DNA of 50,835 nt, from contig JBBAPZ010000021.1 of assembly GCA_040400605.1 (NCBI GenBank), positions 10,124 through 60,958 on the forward strand, read 5' to 3'. The stretch is from Candidatus Sericytochromatia bacterium (GTDB lineage: Bacteria; Cyanobacteriota; Sericytochromatia; S15B-MN24; JAQBPE01). The translations under genes were made by a program, and so were the position numbers. The stretch's first letter is position 1. Every line of letters begins with the position of its first letter. Below the pieces are notes generated by a model, which was not told the origin of the DNA, made no database searches, and worked only from the letters and a program-made list of their open reading frames with translations. Below are positions 19,306 through 28,794 of this stretch, in pieces.

Positions 19306-20312
19306 GCGACCAAATCCGGATTAGCAGCCAAAAGCCGCGCAAAATGCTCCACGATCATCGGGTCGAAGGCCCGCCCTGCCTGCTCTCTGATGGCAGCCAA
19401 CGCAAGCGCCGGCTCAAGCGGTTCCACACCCGGCCGCCCCACCACCAAGTCATCAAACGCAATGACTACCTGCATCACCCTTGCAAGCAAAGGAACCTCC
19501 GTTCCCACTTGCCCCCGAACACCCGAACCGTCAACCGGCTCAGCCAACCAGCCAAGCAGCGGAATCGCCCGGACAAAAAAGGGCAACCCCACAAGCAATT
19601 CTTCCGTCACCGCAGCATGCGGCGAGCGTGCCTGACGCTGGTTCGGGTCAATTTGTTCAAGCGCCGACGCAATCTGCGCATCCGACTCAACCAACAAACC
19701 TAAACGATGCAAATGCGCCATCACATCCAATTGGGACAACTCTTCGTCAAAAAAGCCAAGGTCGCGTCCCAGCATATTCGCATAATGCTGCACCCGCTGG
19801 GCATGATCCCGGGTGTAAGGCGAGCGCGCCTCCAGACGTGTCACAAGCCGCTGAAACAAACCGAGCAATTCCGCCTCATCGTTGCGGTATCGCGCCATCA
19901 AGGTCCGGTTGTCCAGCGTCAACTGATAACTCTCAAGTGAACGGCGCACCGTCAGCTTGAGATCATCCGGATCCCAAGGTTTGCTGAGATACTGGTATAT
20001 GTGCCCGGCATTGATCGCAGCAACGATGTCTTTCACGTCTGAATACGCGGTCAGTAAAATGCGCACTTGATCCGGTGTGCGCTCATAGGCTTTGCCCAGC
20101 AGTTCGGCGCCGGTCATGTTCGGCATCCGCTGATCCGATATGATCATATCCACATCCATGGTTTCGAGAATCTCAAGCGCCTCGGCCCCACTGTTCGCGG
20201 TGAACAAGTTGTAATCGCGCCGCAACACCCGCTCAAGCAACAACAAATTATCGGGTTCGTCATCCACAACCAGAATGTTGTACTTTTTCGCCACCAATGT
20301 ATTGTACTTCAA
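19293..20312 (-). CDS. response regulator with degenerate HD-GYP domain
   Basis: Intact REC (VVDDE, ISDQRMP, LTAY, SKPW); SPYTRDHAQRV, LHRLG, EPVDGSG, LLARV and FDP trace an HD-GYP fold with metal ligands lost. Confidence 0.88.
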   Translation of the reverse strand: MKYNTLVAKKYNILVVDDEPDNLLLLERVLRRDYNLFTANSGAEALEILETMDVDMIISDQRMPNMTGAELLGKAYERTPDQVRILLTAYSDVKDIVAAINAGHIYQYLSKPWDPDDLKLTVRRSLESYQLTLDNRTLMARYRNDEAELLGLFQRLVTRLEARSPYTRDHAQRVQHYANMLGRDLGFFDEELSQLDVMAHLHRLGLLVESDAQIASALEQIDPNQRQARSPHAAVTEELLVGLPFFVRAIPLLGWLAEPVDGSGVRGQVGTEVPLLARVMQVVIAFDDLVVGRPGVEPLEPALALAAIREQAGRAFDPMIVEHFARLLAANPDLVACRS

Positions 20313-20558
20313 ATGAGTCGGCTCCTAAATTCAAGCGCTGCGCCGTGTTTCATGCAACGTTGCCTTGTACCGCTTAAATATCGGACTCACGGGCGACTTT
20401 GCCGGAATCAGGCCAAGATTAAGTGAAAAATGAATCATCCGTCAAGGGTAATGCGAAGCAGTTGCGATCCCTTCCAATAGATACCCGGAATGCATGGGTT
20501 ATAATGCGCTTCAATCCGATCTCAAAAAATTTTTCGCATAAAGAAAGCGTTCTCAATC

Positions 20559-21374
20559 ATGACCGATACCGCCGATATCATTCACCGTGCCTTTAGCGAT
20601 CGCACCTTGTTATCCTTACCCGAAACACAAGCGGCCATCGATCAAGTCCTCGCCAACCTCGACACAGGCACCCTCCGTGTCGCAGAACCCACCAGTTCAG
20701 GCTGGGTCGTCCATGCGTGGATCAAAGAAGCCATCTTGCTCTATTTCGCCTCCCGTCCGCTCGAACCTAGCGTTGCGGGCCCCCTCGCCTTCCTCGACAA
20801 GGTTCCCGTCAAAATCAACCACCAGGCAGCAGGCGTCCGTGTGGTGCCCCCCGCCGTGGCCCGCTATGGCTGTCACCTCGAACCAGGCGTCATCCTCATG
20901 CCAAGCTACGTCAACATCGGGGCCCGGGTTGGCGCTGGCACCATGGTTGACACCTGGGCCACCGTCGGTTCTTGTGCCCAAATCGGCAAAAACGTCCACC
21001 TCTCCGGTGGCGTTGGCATCGGCGGCGTTCTCGAACCGCCCACCGCCACCCCCGTCATTGTCGAAGACGGTGCCTTTCTCGGAAGCCGCTGCATCGTGGT
21101 TGAAGGCGTCATCATCGAACGTGAAGCCGTCCTTGGCGCAAACGTCGTCATCACCGCCAGCACCCCCATCATCGACGTCTCAGGCCCCGAGCCCATCACC
21201 CTCAAAGGCCGCGTCCCGGCCCGCTCCGTCGTGATTCCGGGCACCATCCCCAAAGCCTTCCCGGCTGGCACCTATCAGGTCCCGTGCGCACTCATTATCG
21301 GGCAACGCAAGGAGAGCACGGATCAAAAAACCAGCCTGAATGACGCACTGCGTACCTTCAACGTGGCCGTATGA
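20559..21374 (+). CDS. dapD: 2,3,4,5-tetrahydropyridine-2,6-dicarboxylate N-succinyltransferase
   Basis: LRVAEP, WIKEAILLYF, DKVP and MPSYVNIGA..MVDTWATVGSCAQIGKNVHLSGGVGIGGVLEP. Confidence 0.97.
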   Translation: MTDTADIIHRAFSDRTLLSLPETQAAIDQVLANLDTGTLRVAEPTSSGWVVHAWIKEAILLYFASRPLEPSVAGPLAFLDKVPVKINHQAAGVRVVPPAVARYGCHLEPGVILMPSYVNIGARVGAGTMVDTWATVGSCAQIGKNVHLSGGVGIGGVLEPPTATPVIVEDGAFLGSRCIVVEGVIIEREAVLGANVVITASTPIIDVSGPEPITLKGRVPARSVVIPGTIPKAFPAGTYQVPCALIIGQRKESTDQKTSLNDALRTFNVAV

Positions 21375-22447
21375 TACACGACTCCCTGACCCGGCAACTG
21401 GCCGAAGACAACTTGGCCCTGTGTGCCATCCCCTCCGAAACGGGTGATGAAGCCGCCTTGTGTGACTGGCTGGAAGCCCGGCTTGCCGTGATGCCGCATC
21501 TCCGGGTCAGACGCCACGGCGAGGCAATCGTGGCGTGCACTGCCCACGACCCGCTGTGCCCGACGATCGGGTTGTTCGGTCACACCGATACGGTAAAAGC
21601 GGCGGGTGATCAACCCCTTGAAATCCGTGACAACCGGGTCTACGGCTGCGGCGCCAGCGACATGAAAGGCGGCCTCGCTGTCATGCTCGCCTTGCTTGCT
21701 GCGCACGACCCGCAGCAGCACCCTAACCTGGTGGCCGTCTTTTACGACAGGGAAGAAGGTCCGGTTATCGACAATGGCCTCCAACCCCTGCTGGCCGGCG
21801 GCCACATACCCAAGCTGGACTTCGCGGTGTGTCTGGAACCCACCGACAACCAGATCCAGATGGGGTGCGTGGGCGGTTTGCACGCCGTGTTGCGCTTTGA
21901 GGGACAACGCGCCCACAGTGCCAGACCCTGGCAGGGGGCAAGTGCCATCACGCGTGCGCTGCCTTTTTTACAGCGTCTGGCGAGTCAGGAACGCGTGCCG
22001 GTTCAGTATGGCGACCTTACTTTTTATGAGGTCATGACGGCCACCACCGCGCACACCCACAATTCGCGCAACGTGGTGCCGGATAGCTTCGAGGTCAACG
22101 TCAACTACCGCTTCGCGCCCCATCGCACCTTGGCGAGCGCCAAAGACGCCTTGCTTGCGATGGTGGGAGATGAGGCGGTTGTGACGATTGTGGATGAGGC
22201 GCCTGCGGGGCAGGTGTGCCTGGATGATCCGACGCTCACGCGCTGGGTTGCGCGAACGGGGTTGCGCATCGAACCGAAGCAGGCCTGGACGGATGTGGCC
22301 AGGTTGAGTGCACGCGGAATACCGGCTGTAAATTTTGGCCCGGGTGAGACGGCCCAAGCGCATCAGGCGCGGGAATCCGTCCCGATTGCGGCCTTGCGGC
22401 GCAGTTATGATGATTTGCTGGGTTTGCTTGTGCGGCATGGCGATTGA
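21371..22447 (+). CDS. dapE: succinyl-diaminopimelate desuccinylase (M20)
   Basis: GHTDTV, GASDMKGG, EEG, EPT, AHSARPW, WTDV and NFGPG...AH; overlaps the dapD stop. Confidence 0.92.
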   Translation: MIHDSLTRQLAEDNLALCAIPSETGDEAALCDWLEARLAVMPHLRVRRHGEAIVACTAHDPLCPTIGLFGHTDTVKAAGDQPLEIRDNRVYGCGASDMKGGLAVMLALLAAHDPQQHPNLVAVFYDREEGPVIDNGLQPLLAGGHIPKLDFAVCLEPTDNQIQMGCVGGLHAVLRFEGQRAHSARPWQGASAITRALPFLQRLASQERVPVQYGDLTFYEVMTATTAHTHNSRNVVPDSFEVNVNYRFAPHRTLASAKDALLAMVGDEAVVTIVDEAPAGQVCLDDPTLTRWVARTGLRIEPKQAWTDVARLSARGIPAVNFGPGETAQAHQARESVPIAALRRSYDDLLGLLVRHGD

Positions 22448-22637
22448 CTTCGCCCGCCAACATCTGGCCGAGGAGATACAGACGGGAGTGGCCATTGGCA
22501 CTGGCTGATGACAAGCCTAAGAGAATCGTTTAGCGGTCAAGTTGTCGGTTGGCGGTGAGTCTGGCAAAATGAAAGCGAACGGGTGTGCGTCAGGCGCCAC
22601 CCGCCCAATAGCAGATCAAGACGGAGCAACGAGGGTC

Positions 22638-22868
22638 ATGGCAGATAAAACGATTCGCTACGCTGACAACACCACCGGTCGCTACTATGTGGATGAGACC
22701 TGCATCTTTTGCAACCTGTGCGAGTCCTTGGCGCCCGATAATTTCCGGGCCGTGGATGATGGCACCCATGATGTGTGCTACAAGCAGCCCACCACACCGG
22801 ATGAGGAAGCTGCCTGCGAAGAGGCCATGGCTGGCTGTCCCGTGAACGCCATCGGCGACGACGGTTAA
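22638..22868 (+). CDS. ferredoxin (single-cluster 4Fe-4S/3Fe-4S type)
   Basis: YYVDETCIFCNLC...CPVNAIG; start at ATG 22638. Confidence 0.92.
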   Translation: MADKTIRYADNTTGRYYVDETCIFCNLCESLAPDNFRAVDDGTHDVCYKQPTTPDEEAACEEAMAGCPVNAIGDDG

Positions 22869-22876
22869 CTTCCCCG

Positions 22877-22921
22877 ACGACGATGCCCGTGTGACGCCAC
22901 TCATGGGCATCGTCGTGTTTA
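22877..22921 (+). terminator. probable terminator hairpin after ferredoxin
   Basis: ACGACGATGCCC / GGGCATCGTCGT 12-bp perfect stem followed by GTTT (short U-tract). Confidence 0.55.
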
Positions 22922-23032
22922 GCGTGTAATGGGTCAAGACTACGACTTGTCACCATTGCGTGGGGGTGAAGCATTGAGAAAATTTTGAACCATGCGTGTC
23001 TACTTAAGCGATCGATGACCCAAAGACTCGTT

Positions 23033-23160
23033 ATACAGGGACACATAGGTTTTTTTTCAAAACTTGGGTGACAAACTCAAAACATCAGGCAATGACTCGT
23101 GTTATTGAATACCAGTGAACATTTGATCAACAATCAAAGCGTTTCTGCATCGTTCACACT
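23033..23160. repeat. dispersed intergenic repeat, copy C
   Basis: 23057-23140 aligns to 4800-4885 with 64/86 identities and two 1-nt gaps (manual count). Confidence 0.8.
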
Positions 23161-23313
23161 GATGTCGTGCGGGCCGCAGGGGTTGGCGAAGTCGGACTTA
23201 TCTGGAAAATTCCGGAAACGGTCTCTTGAGTGCTCACGCATGAATGTCGAACAGTCAAACAAATATTTTGCCTGAGTCATTTTCGGCTGATGCATCGTGA
23301 CTTTGGGGGGCTC

Positions 23314-24468
23314 ATGAACCCGGTTATCACCGCGATTCCTGGCAGCTTGATTCGCGCCATCAACGAGGCCAAGCGTCCGGGGGATATTGATCTGGGGTTG
23401 GGAGAGCCCACCTTGGCCCCTCCCCTGGCGCCCTTTGAGGCCGCCACCGCCTGGGTGCGCGAGCACGGCTGTCCCTATAGTCCGAATGCTGGCTTTGGCG
23501 AGTTGCGTGAGGCGATCGCCCGCTGTTTCAATTATCCCGATTTGAATTCAGTCTCCAACGTCTGCGTGACCGTTGGTTCGCAAGAAGCCCTGTACCTCGC
23601 CATTAAAAGCCTGCTCAATCCCGCCACCGACAGTGTCTTGATTGTTGCACCCTGTTATGGCGCCTACGCCAAACTCTGTGCACTGGAAAACCTGCGCCAC
23701 CGTGAGGTTGTACTTGATGCAAAAACTGGCTTTGCGCCCTCGGCGGAAGCGGTGCTCGCAGCCCTCACCCCCGACACCCGGCTCATCATTCTCGCCAGCC
23801 CCAACAATCCCACAGGTCGCATCTGGCCCCGTCACGAACTTGTAAAACTGGCAGATGGCCTGTTGGCCCGTCCCGGCGCGCCTGTTTATGTGCTGCTGGA
23901 TGAGGTCTATCTGGCGCTGCATTATCAAGAAACGCCCCCGACCTCACTGGCCAGCCTCTACCCGCACACGCTGGTGGCTGGCAGCCTGTCTAAAAGTCAT
24001 GCGCTGACCGGTTTGCGCCTTGGCTGGCTCATGGGTACAGACCACGCCATCACGGCGGCCATCAAGCTGCATCAGTTCGTCAATACGGCTGCCAGTACCT
24101 TTTCGCAACGGGTGGCGATCGCAGCCCTGCAAGACCCCGCAGGCCTCACCATCCACCAGCCCCATTACCGTCAGCAACGCACCCTTCTGCTTGAGCAGTT
24201 GCAGCGCCACGCCTTGCCGCACATTCCTCCGGAGGGTGGTTTTTATGTCATGCTGCCCTTACCAGACAACGTGGCGCACGACTCCCTGGCAGCGGCACGC
24301 AGCCTGCTTGAAAGCACGCGCGTGGTAACCATTCCGGGCCTGGCATTTGGCGCAGAGGGATTTTTGCGACTCTCCTGGGTGTGTTCCCCGGAAGAGTTGA
24401 TCACAGGACTTGAACGCATCGCCTTGTTTTTTGCCGAGGTTGAACAGCATCAAAGGGACATCGGGTAG
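23314..24468 (+). CDS. class I/II PLP-dependent aminotransferase (candidate DapC by context)
   Basis: LGLGEP, SPNNPTG, DEVY and SLSKSHALTGLRLGW; start placed at ATG 23314. Confidence 0.9.
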   Translation: MNPVITAIPGSLIRAINEAKRPGDIDLGLGEPTLAPPLAPFEAATAWVREHGCPYSPNAGFGELREAIARCFNYPDLNSVSNVCVTVGSQEALYLAIKSLLNPATDSVLIVAPCYGAYAKLCALENLRHREVVLDAKTGFAPSAEAVLAALTPDTRLIILASPNNPTGRIWPRHELVKLADGLLARPGAPVYVLLDEVYLALHYQETPPTSLASLYPHTLVAGSLSKSHALTGLRLGWLMGTDHAITAAIKLHQFVNTAASTFSQRVAIAALQDPAGLTIHQPHYRQQRTLLLEQLQRHALPHIPPEGGFYVMLPLPDNVAHDSLAAARSLLESTRVVTIPGLAFGAEGFLRLSWVCSPEELITGLERIALFFAEVEQHQRDIG

Positions 24469-24714
24469 TGCGAGCCGTCAATCAACCGGATGTAAAAATC
24501 AAGTAAAGGACGGTGGTTGGTTTGACAATTGCCCTGTTCAAAAGGCAGAGTTGACAAGCGGGTGCGGCAATGTGCAAGCGGTGGGCAAGGCTGCGCGCCG
24601 TTGTTCAGCGCCAGTTGATTCAAGGGGAGTAAATGGAAAGCGATCGCCAGTTGGACACTGGCCTGCAAGGTGTCTTGAAAAGCGGTCGCGTGTAACGGGA
24701 TAAAAGGAGACAAG

Positions 24715-25527
24715 ATGCGCAGTTTTGAACAGGTGACGGATTACCATGTGCATGTGGAGCGCGGGCCTTATGCGCTCGAATGGCTCAAGCAGTTTGTGGC
24801 CCAGGCGCAAAAGACCGGGGTAACGGATCTGGGTATCTCCGAGCACGCGTACCGCTTTGCGCAAACCAAGCATCTGCTCTGGAACCCTTGGGTCGAACGC
24901 AAGAAGACGGAAGACCTAGATGAGTATCTCGGGTTGTTGCTGAAGGCGCGCGAAGAGGGGTTGAATATCAAGATTGGCATCGAGATGGATTATATGCCAG
25001 ACAATGGGACGGCGATGAAGGAGTTTTTGGCGTCGTACCCGTTTGATTATGCGATTGGCTCCGTGCACTGGCTGGGTGGCTTCGGCTTTGATCTTGATGA
25101 AATGCGTGACCAGTGGGAACGTGGGGATGTCGGGGATATTTATGACACGTATTTTGGCATTCTGGAGCAGATGATCCGTGAGCGGCCTGTGGACATCATT
25201 GGGCATGCGGATGTGATCAAGGTATTTGGATTTCACGCGCCGGCGGTTGCCGGCAAATGGTATCGGCATCTGACGCCTTTGATCAAGCAAAGCGGGATGG
25301 CCGTGGAGGTGAGCACGGCGGGCTGGCGCAAGCCTGTGAAAGAAATTTACCCGGCGCCTGAGTGGATTCGCTTGCTGGTCGAGGCGGATGTGCCCTTGGT
25401 GCTGTGCTCGGATGCGCACCGGCCGGAGGATGTGGGTGCCAATTATCCGCAGGCGATCGATCTCCTGCGCGCGTTGGGCGTCACCCGCCTGCATACCATC
25501 ACAGGGCGCCAACTCTCACTGGCGTAA
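24715..25527 (+). CDS. PHP-domain histidinol-phosphatase, HisJ family
   Basis: DYHVH, SEH, GIEMDY, GSVH, GHAD and SDAH motifs; AAAGGAG RBS. Confidence 0.88.
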   Translation: MRSFEQVTDYHVHVERGPYALEWLKQFVAQAQKTGVTDLGISEHAYRFAQTKHLLWNPWVERKKTEDLDEYLGLLLKAREEGLNIKIGIEMDYMPDNGTAMKEFLASYPFDYAIGSVHWLGGFGFDLDEMRDQWERGDVGDIYDTYFGILEQMIRERPVDIIGHADVIKVFGFHAPAVAGKWYRHLTPLIKQSGMAVEVSTAGWRKPVKEIYPAPEWIRLLVEADVPLVLCSDAHRPEDVGANYPQAIDLLRALGVTRLHTITGRQLSLA

Positions 25528-25537
25528 CGGCAGCCAA

Positions 25538-28500
25538 CTACTCGAGCAAAAACTCCAGGTCGGCCATCGTCAGTTCGGGTCCGCCTTCACTGGCGCCTAA
25601 AACATCGCGTACCATTTTGCGTTTCTGCGCTTGGAGTTGCAGGACTTTTTCTTCCACGGTGCCCTTGGCAATCAGTTTATAGCTGAACACATGCCGGGTT
25701 TGGCCGATGCGGTGCGCCCGGTCGGTGGCTTGATCTTCCACCGCAGGGTTCCACCAGGGATCGAAGTGGATGACGTAGTCGGCGCCTGTGAGGTTCAAGC
25801 CGGTGCCGCCGGCTTTGAGGCTGATCAAGAACACGGGCGTATCCCCCTCGTTGAAGCGGTTCACGCGTTCGAGGCGATCACGCGTCTGTCCATCCAGATA
25901 CGCGTAATCAATGCCTTGCTCACTCAAGGCATCCCGCAAGATGTGCAGCATTTTGACGAACTGCGAAAACACCAGCACCCGGTGCCCTTGTTCGATCATG
26001 TCACCCAGCAATTCCATGAATTGTGTGACCTTGGCAGACGGCACGGGCTTGGCTCCTTCGCGTTGTACCAGCAAGGGGTCGCAGGCCACTTGCCTGAGGC
26101 GCAACAGACCTTCCAGCACATGAAAATGCGCGCGTTTCAGCCCTTTGGTCTGCACCTCCGAAAAAATCTGTCCACGGACGGCTGCCAGTGTTTCGTTGTA
26201 GAGCCTGCGTTGTTCGTCGCCCAGTTCGCAGTAAGCCACAATTTCGCTGCGCGGCGGCAAATCCGTCGCCACATCCGATTTCAGGCGGCGCAAGATAAAT
26301 GGCCGTGTGATGCGACGCAAGCGCTCGCGTGCCTCATCCGCTTCCGTGCTGACGGCTTTAAAGTATTGGCTGCGGAAATGTTTCTCCGAGCCTAACAGGC
26401 CGGGCATCAAGAAATGAAACAGGCTCCAGAATTCGAGCAGATTGTTTTCGATCGGGGTGCCCGTCAGGCACAGGCGATGCCGGGCATACAAACGGCAGGC
26501 CGCCTTGGCTGCCTGTGAGTGGGGATTTTTGATTTTTTGCGCTTCATCCAAAATCACGTAAGCGAAGGATTGCGCGTGCCAGATGTGGCGATCGCGCTGC
26601 AGCAATCCGTAAGTGGTCACCACCACATCCGCCTCGGCTAACGCATCAAGGCGTTCGTGGCGATCCGAGCCGTGTAGCACCAAAACCTTTATATCAGGCG
26701 CAAACCGCGCGATTTCGCTCTCCCAGTTGTAAACAACTGAAGTAGGGGCCACCAGCAAACTGGGCCCCGGATTGCCGCGCGATTTGTGCTCAAGCAGCAA
26801 TGCGATCGCCTGAATGGTCTTACCCAAGCCCATGTCATCTGCCAGGATGCCATGCAAACCATAGTCACGCCAAAAGCCCAAACGCGCGAGCCCACGCCCT
26901 TGATAATGGCGCAACTCACCAATAAAACCTGCCGGAGGAGGCAATTCACGGTCGGCATCCGCCACATCAAGCCCATCTAAAAAACGCCGCCAATCCTGGT
27001 CCCCGCGCGTGGCCCCAGCAGATTCCATCAACTCACGCGCAGCCGGCGCCAGATACCGCGGCAAGCGCTGGGTGAAACCCGCCTCATCCGCTTCCATCCG
27101 CGCCCCTGCCACCGCAGCCAACTGCTGTTGTCGAACCAGCCATTCTTCAGGCAGACGCGCATACGCACCGTCCCCCAGTTTCACGAACCGGGAATTTCGC
27201 TTGAACGCGTCCCGCAGAGCCTGCCACGAGACGGTTTCATCCTCCACCTGTACCGTGGTCTGCAAATCAAACCAATCAATGCCCGAGCTCACACCGACTG
27301 AGACATAGGCTGTTTGACGCCGCACGCGCATGCGGTCGAGACGCTCCTCACCGTAAACCTCCGCGCCTTCACGGAGCAACTGCGGCAATTCATCCATCAA
27401 GAAAATCAGCGCCTCTTCGCCCCAAACCATAAACTGCCCGGAACCCCGCGATTCGAGCAAAGTCTGGTTCAAGCGTTCAAACCACGCACGTTCCCGTTCA
27501 ATGTCACGTGGCCAATGTCCCCACACACCGTCCGCCTCACCACGAATGGCCTGTCTGGAATCACCCGGGGCAAGCGGTGCCGCATTGCCATAGCGAAAGT
27601 TGACGCGCACCAGCAAGCGATCATCCTCTTCGGACAGATTCAAGCGCAAAACGGGCTCAACGGCCTCATGCAAAACCAAACTCACCAAATTGTCTTCCGG
27701 TGCGTCAACCAATGGCACAGCGGCATCCGGAACGGTCGCCGCCAAAACAGGCCGAAAGACATCCCGTACCAGCAACCAACCGGGATCCTCACCGACCAGA
27801 CGGGCAACCTGACCCGCCACCAGTTCACCGTCAATATCCCAGATGAGTTCGTACGGGCCGCCCACACTGCGAATCACGCAATCGGGGCGAACCTCAATCG
27901 GCGTCCGACCCGCGCCAAAGACAAACGGGCAGCGCGTCAACTCATTGAAAACTCCCGCAACCATCTCATCCAACAAGGGGATACCGTGGGCATGGGGTGA
28001 TGAAAAGTCGCGGTTGCGAGTGCGGTAATACGGTTCGATTACATCCAGAATGGCCTGATCCGCCGCCGACAATCCCCGCCGCGGAACAGGGCCCCACAAG
28101 GCCAGTGGCCGCGGCATGCCAGGCAAGCCATCGTCCATGACGATCGCCCGCTCCATCGACAACCAGACCACCGCGCCACGCCGATATTGTTTTTCCATGC
28201 GCTTCGGCGGCGGCGCCACATGCAAGTTGTAAAACAGGACTTCATCCCCGGGCCTCAAACGAGGCACAGTGGCACCAGCCACTGACGCCTCCGCCACTTC
28301 GGCGTCACCGGGTGACTCCAAATGCGCCATGGCCACAGCCATCGCGTGCTTGCACGGCGCCTGCATGGGACACGTACAAACCGCAATCAGCTCGCGGCCA
28401 TCCCAGTTCAATCGCACCTGCACGGGAGCGAGGGCACCTTCATCCACCTCAGCCTCGACCACCAGAACCCCGTTGCCGCTTTCGACACGGCGCGGTCCTA

Positions 28501-28576
28501 CGGCCCCGCGGCGAACGTACGCTGTGCCGCGACGCAAGGTCATTGGATCAGCCCAATTTTTCAGATCCCACTGCAA
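25538..28576 (-). CDS. SWIM zinc-finger SNF2 family helicase
   Basis: CTCP...CKH SWIM; LADDMGLGKT, DEAQ, LTGTPIEN and QATDRAHRIGQ. Confidence 0.95.
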   Translation of the reverse strand: MQWDLKNWADPMTLRRGTAYVRRGAVGPRRVESGNGVLVVEAEVDEGALAPVQVRLNWDGRELIAVCTCPMQAPCKHAMAVAMAHLESPGDAEVAEASVAGATVPRLRPGDEVLFYNLHVAPPPKRMEKQYRRGAVVWLSMERAIVMDDGLPGMPRPLALWGPVPRRGLSAADQAILDVIEPYYRTRNRDFSSPHAHGIPLLDEMVAGVFNELTRCPFVFGAGRTPIEVRPDCVIRSVGGPYELIWDIDGELVAGQVARLVGEDPGWLLVRDVFRPVLAATVPDAAVPLVDAPEDNLVSLVLHEAVEPVLRLNLSEEDDRLLVRVNFRYGNAAPLAPGDSRQAIRGEADGVWGHWPRDIERERAWFERLNQTLLESRGSGQFMVWGEEALIFLMDELPQLLREGAEVYGEERLDRMRVRRQTAYVSVGVSSGIDWFDLQTTVQVEDETVSWQALRDAFKRNSRFVKLGDGAYARLPEEWLVRQQQLAAVAGARMEADEAGFTQRLPRYLAPAARELMESAGATRGDQDWRRFLDGLDVADADRELPPPAGFIGELRHYQGRGLARLGFWRDYGLHGILADDMGLGKTIQAIALLLEHKSRGNPGPSLLVAPTSVVYNWESEIARFAPDIKVLVLHGSDRHERLDALAEADVVVTTYGLLQRDRHIWHAQSFAYVILDEAQKIKNPHSQAAKAACRLYARHRLCLTGTPIENNLLEFWSLFHFLMPGLLGSEKHFRSQYFKAVSTEADEARERLRRITRPFILRRLKSDVATDLPPRSEIVAYCELGDEQRRLYNETLAAVRGQIFSEVQTKGLKRAHFHVLEGLLRLRQVACDPLLVQREGAKPVPSAKVTQFMELLGDMIEQGHRVLVFSQFVKMLHILRDALSEQGIDYAYLDGQTRDRLERVNRFNEGDTPVFLISLKAGGTGLNLTGADYVIHFDPWWNPAVEDQATDRAHRIGQTRHVFSYKLIAKGTVEEKVLQLQAQKRKMVRDVLGASEGGPELTMADLEFLLE

Positions 28577-28794
28577 ACGTCACCCCCGAGCAGCCCAAAC
28601 ACAAGCGATCAGCACACCATTATATCAGAGTCATTGAATACAGCGATTTCTCCCATCATTCAAAAGCGGCGATGGCGCCGTGGTCCTTCAAACGATTTGG
28701 CTGACAAGAAATGGTGACGTATGCTATTTTTAGGCTGAGCCTTAATGTGTTTAAATTTTAAACAGGCGGCAGGAAAGGAACCGAGCGCACCTTT

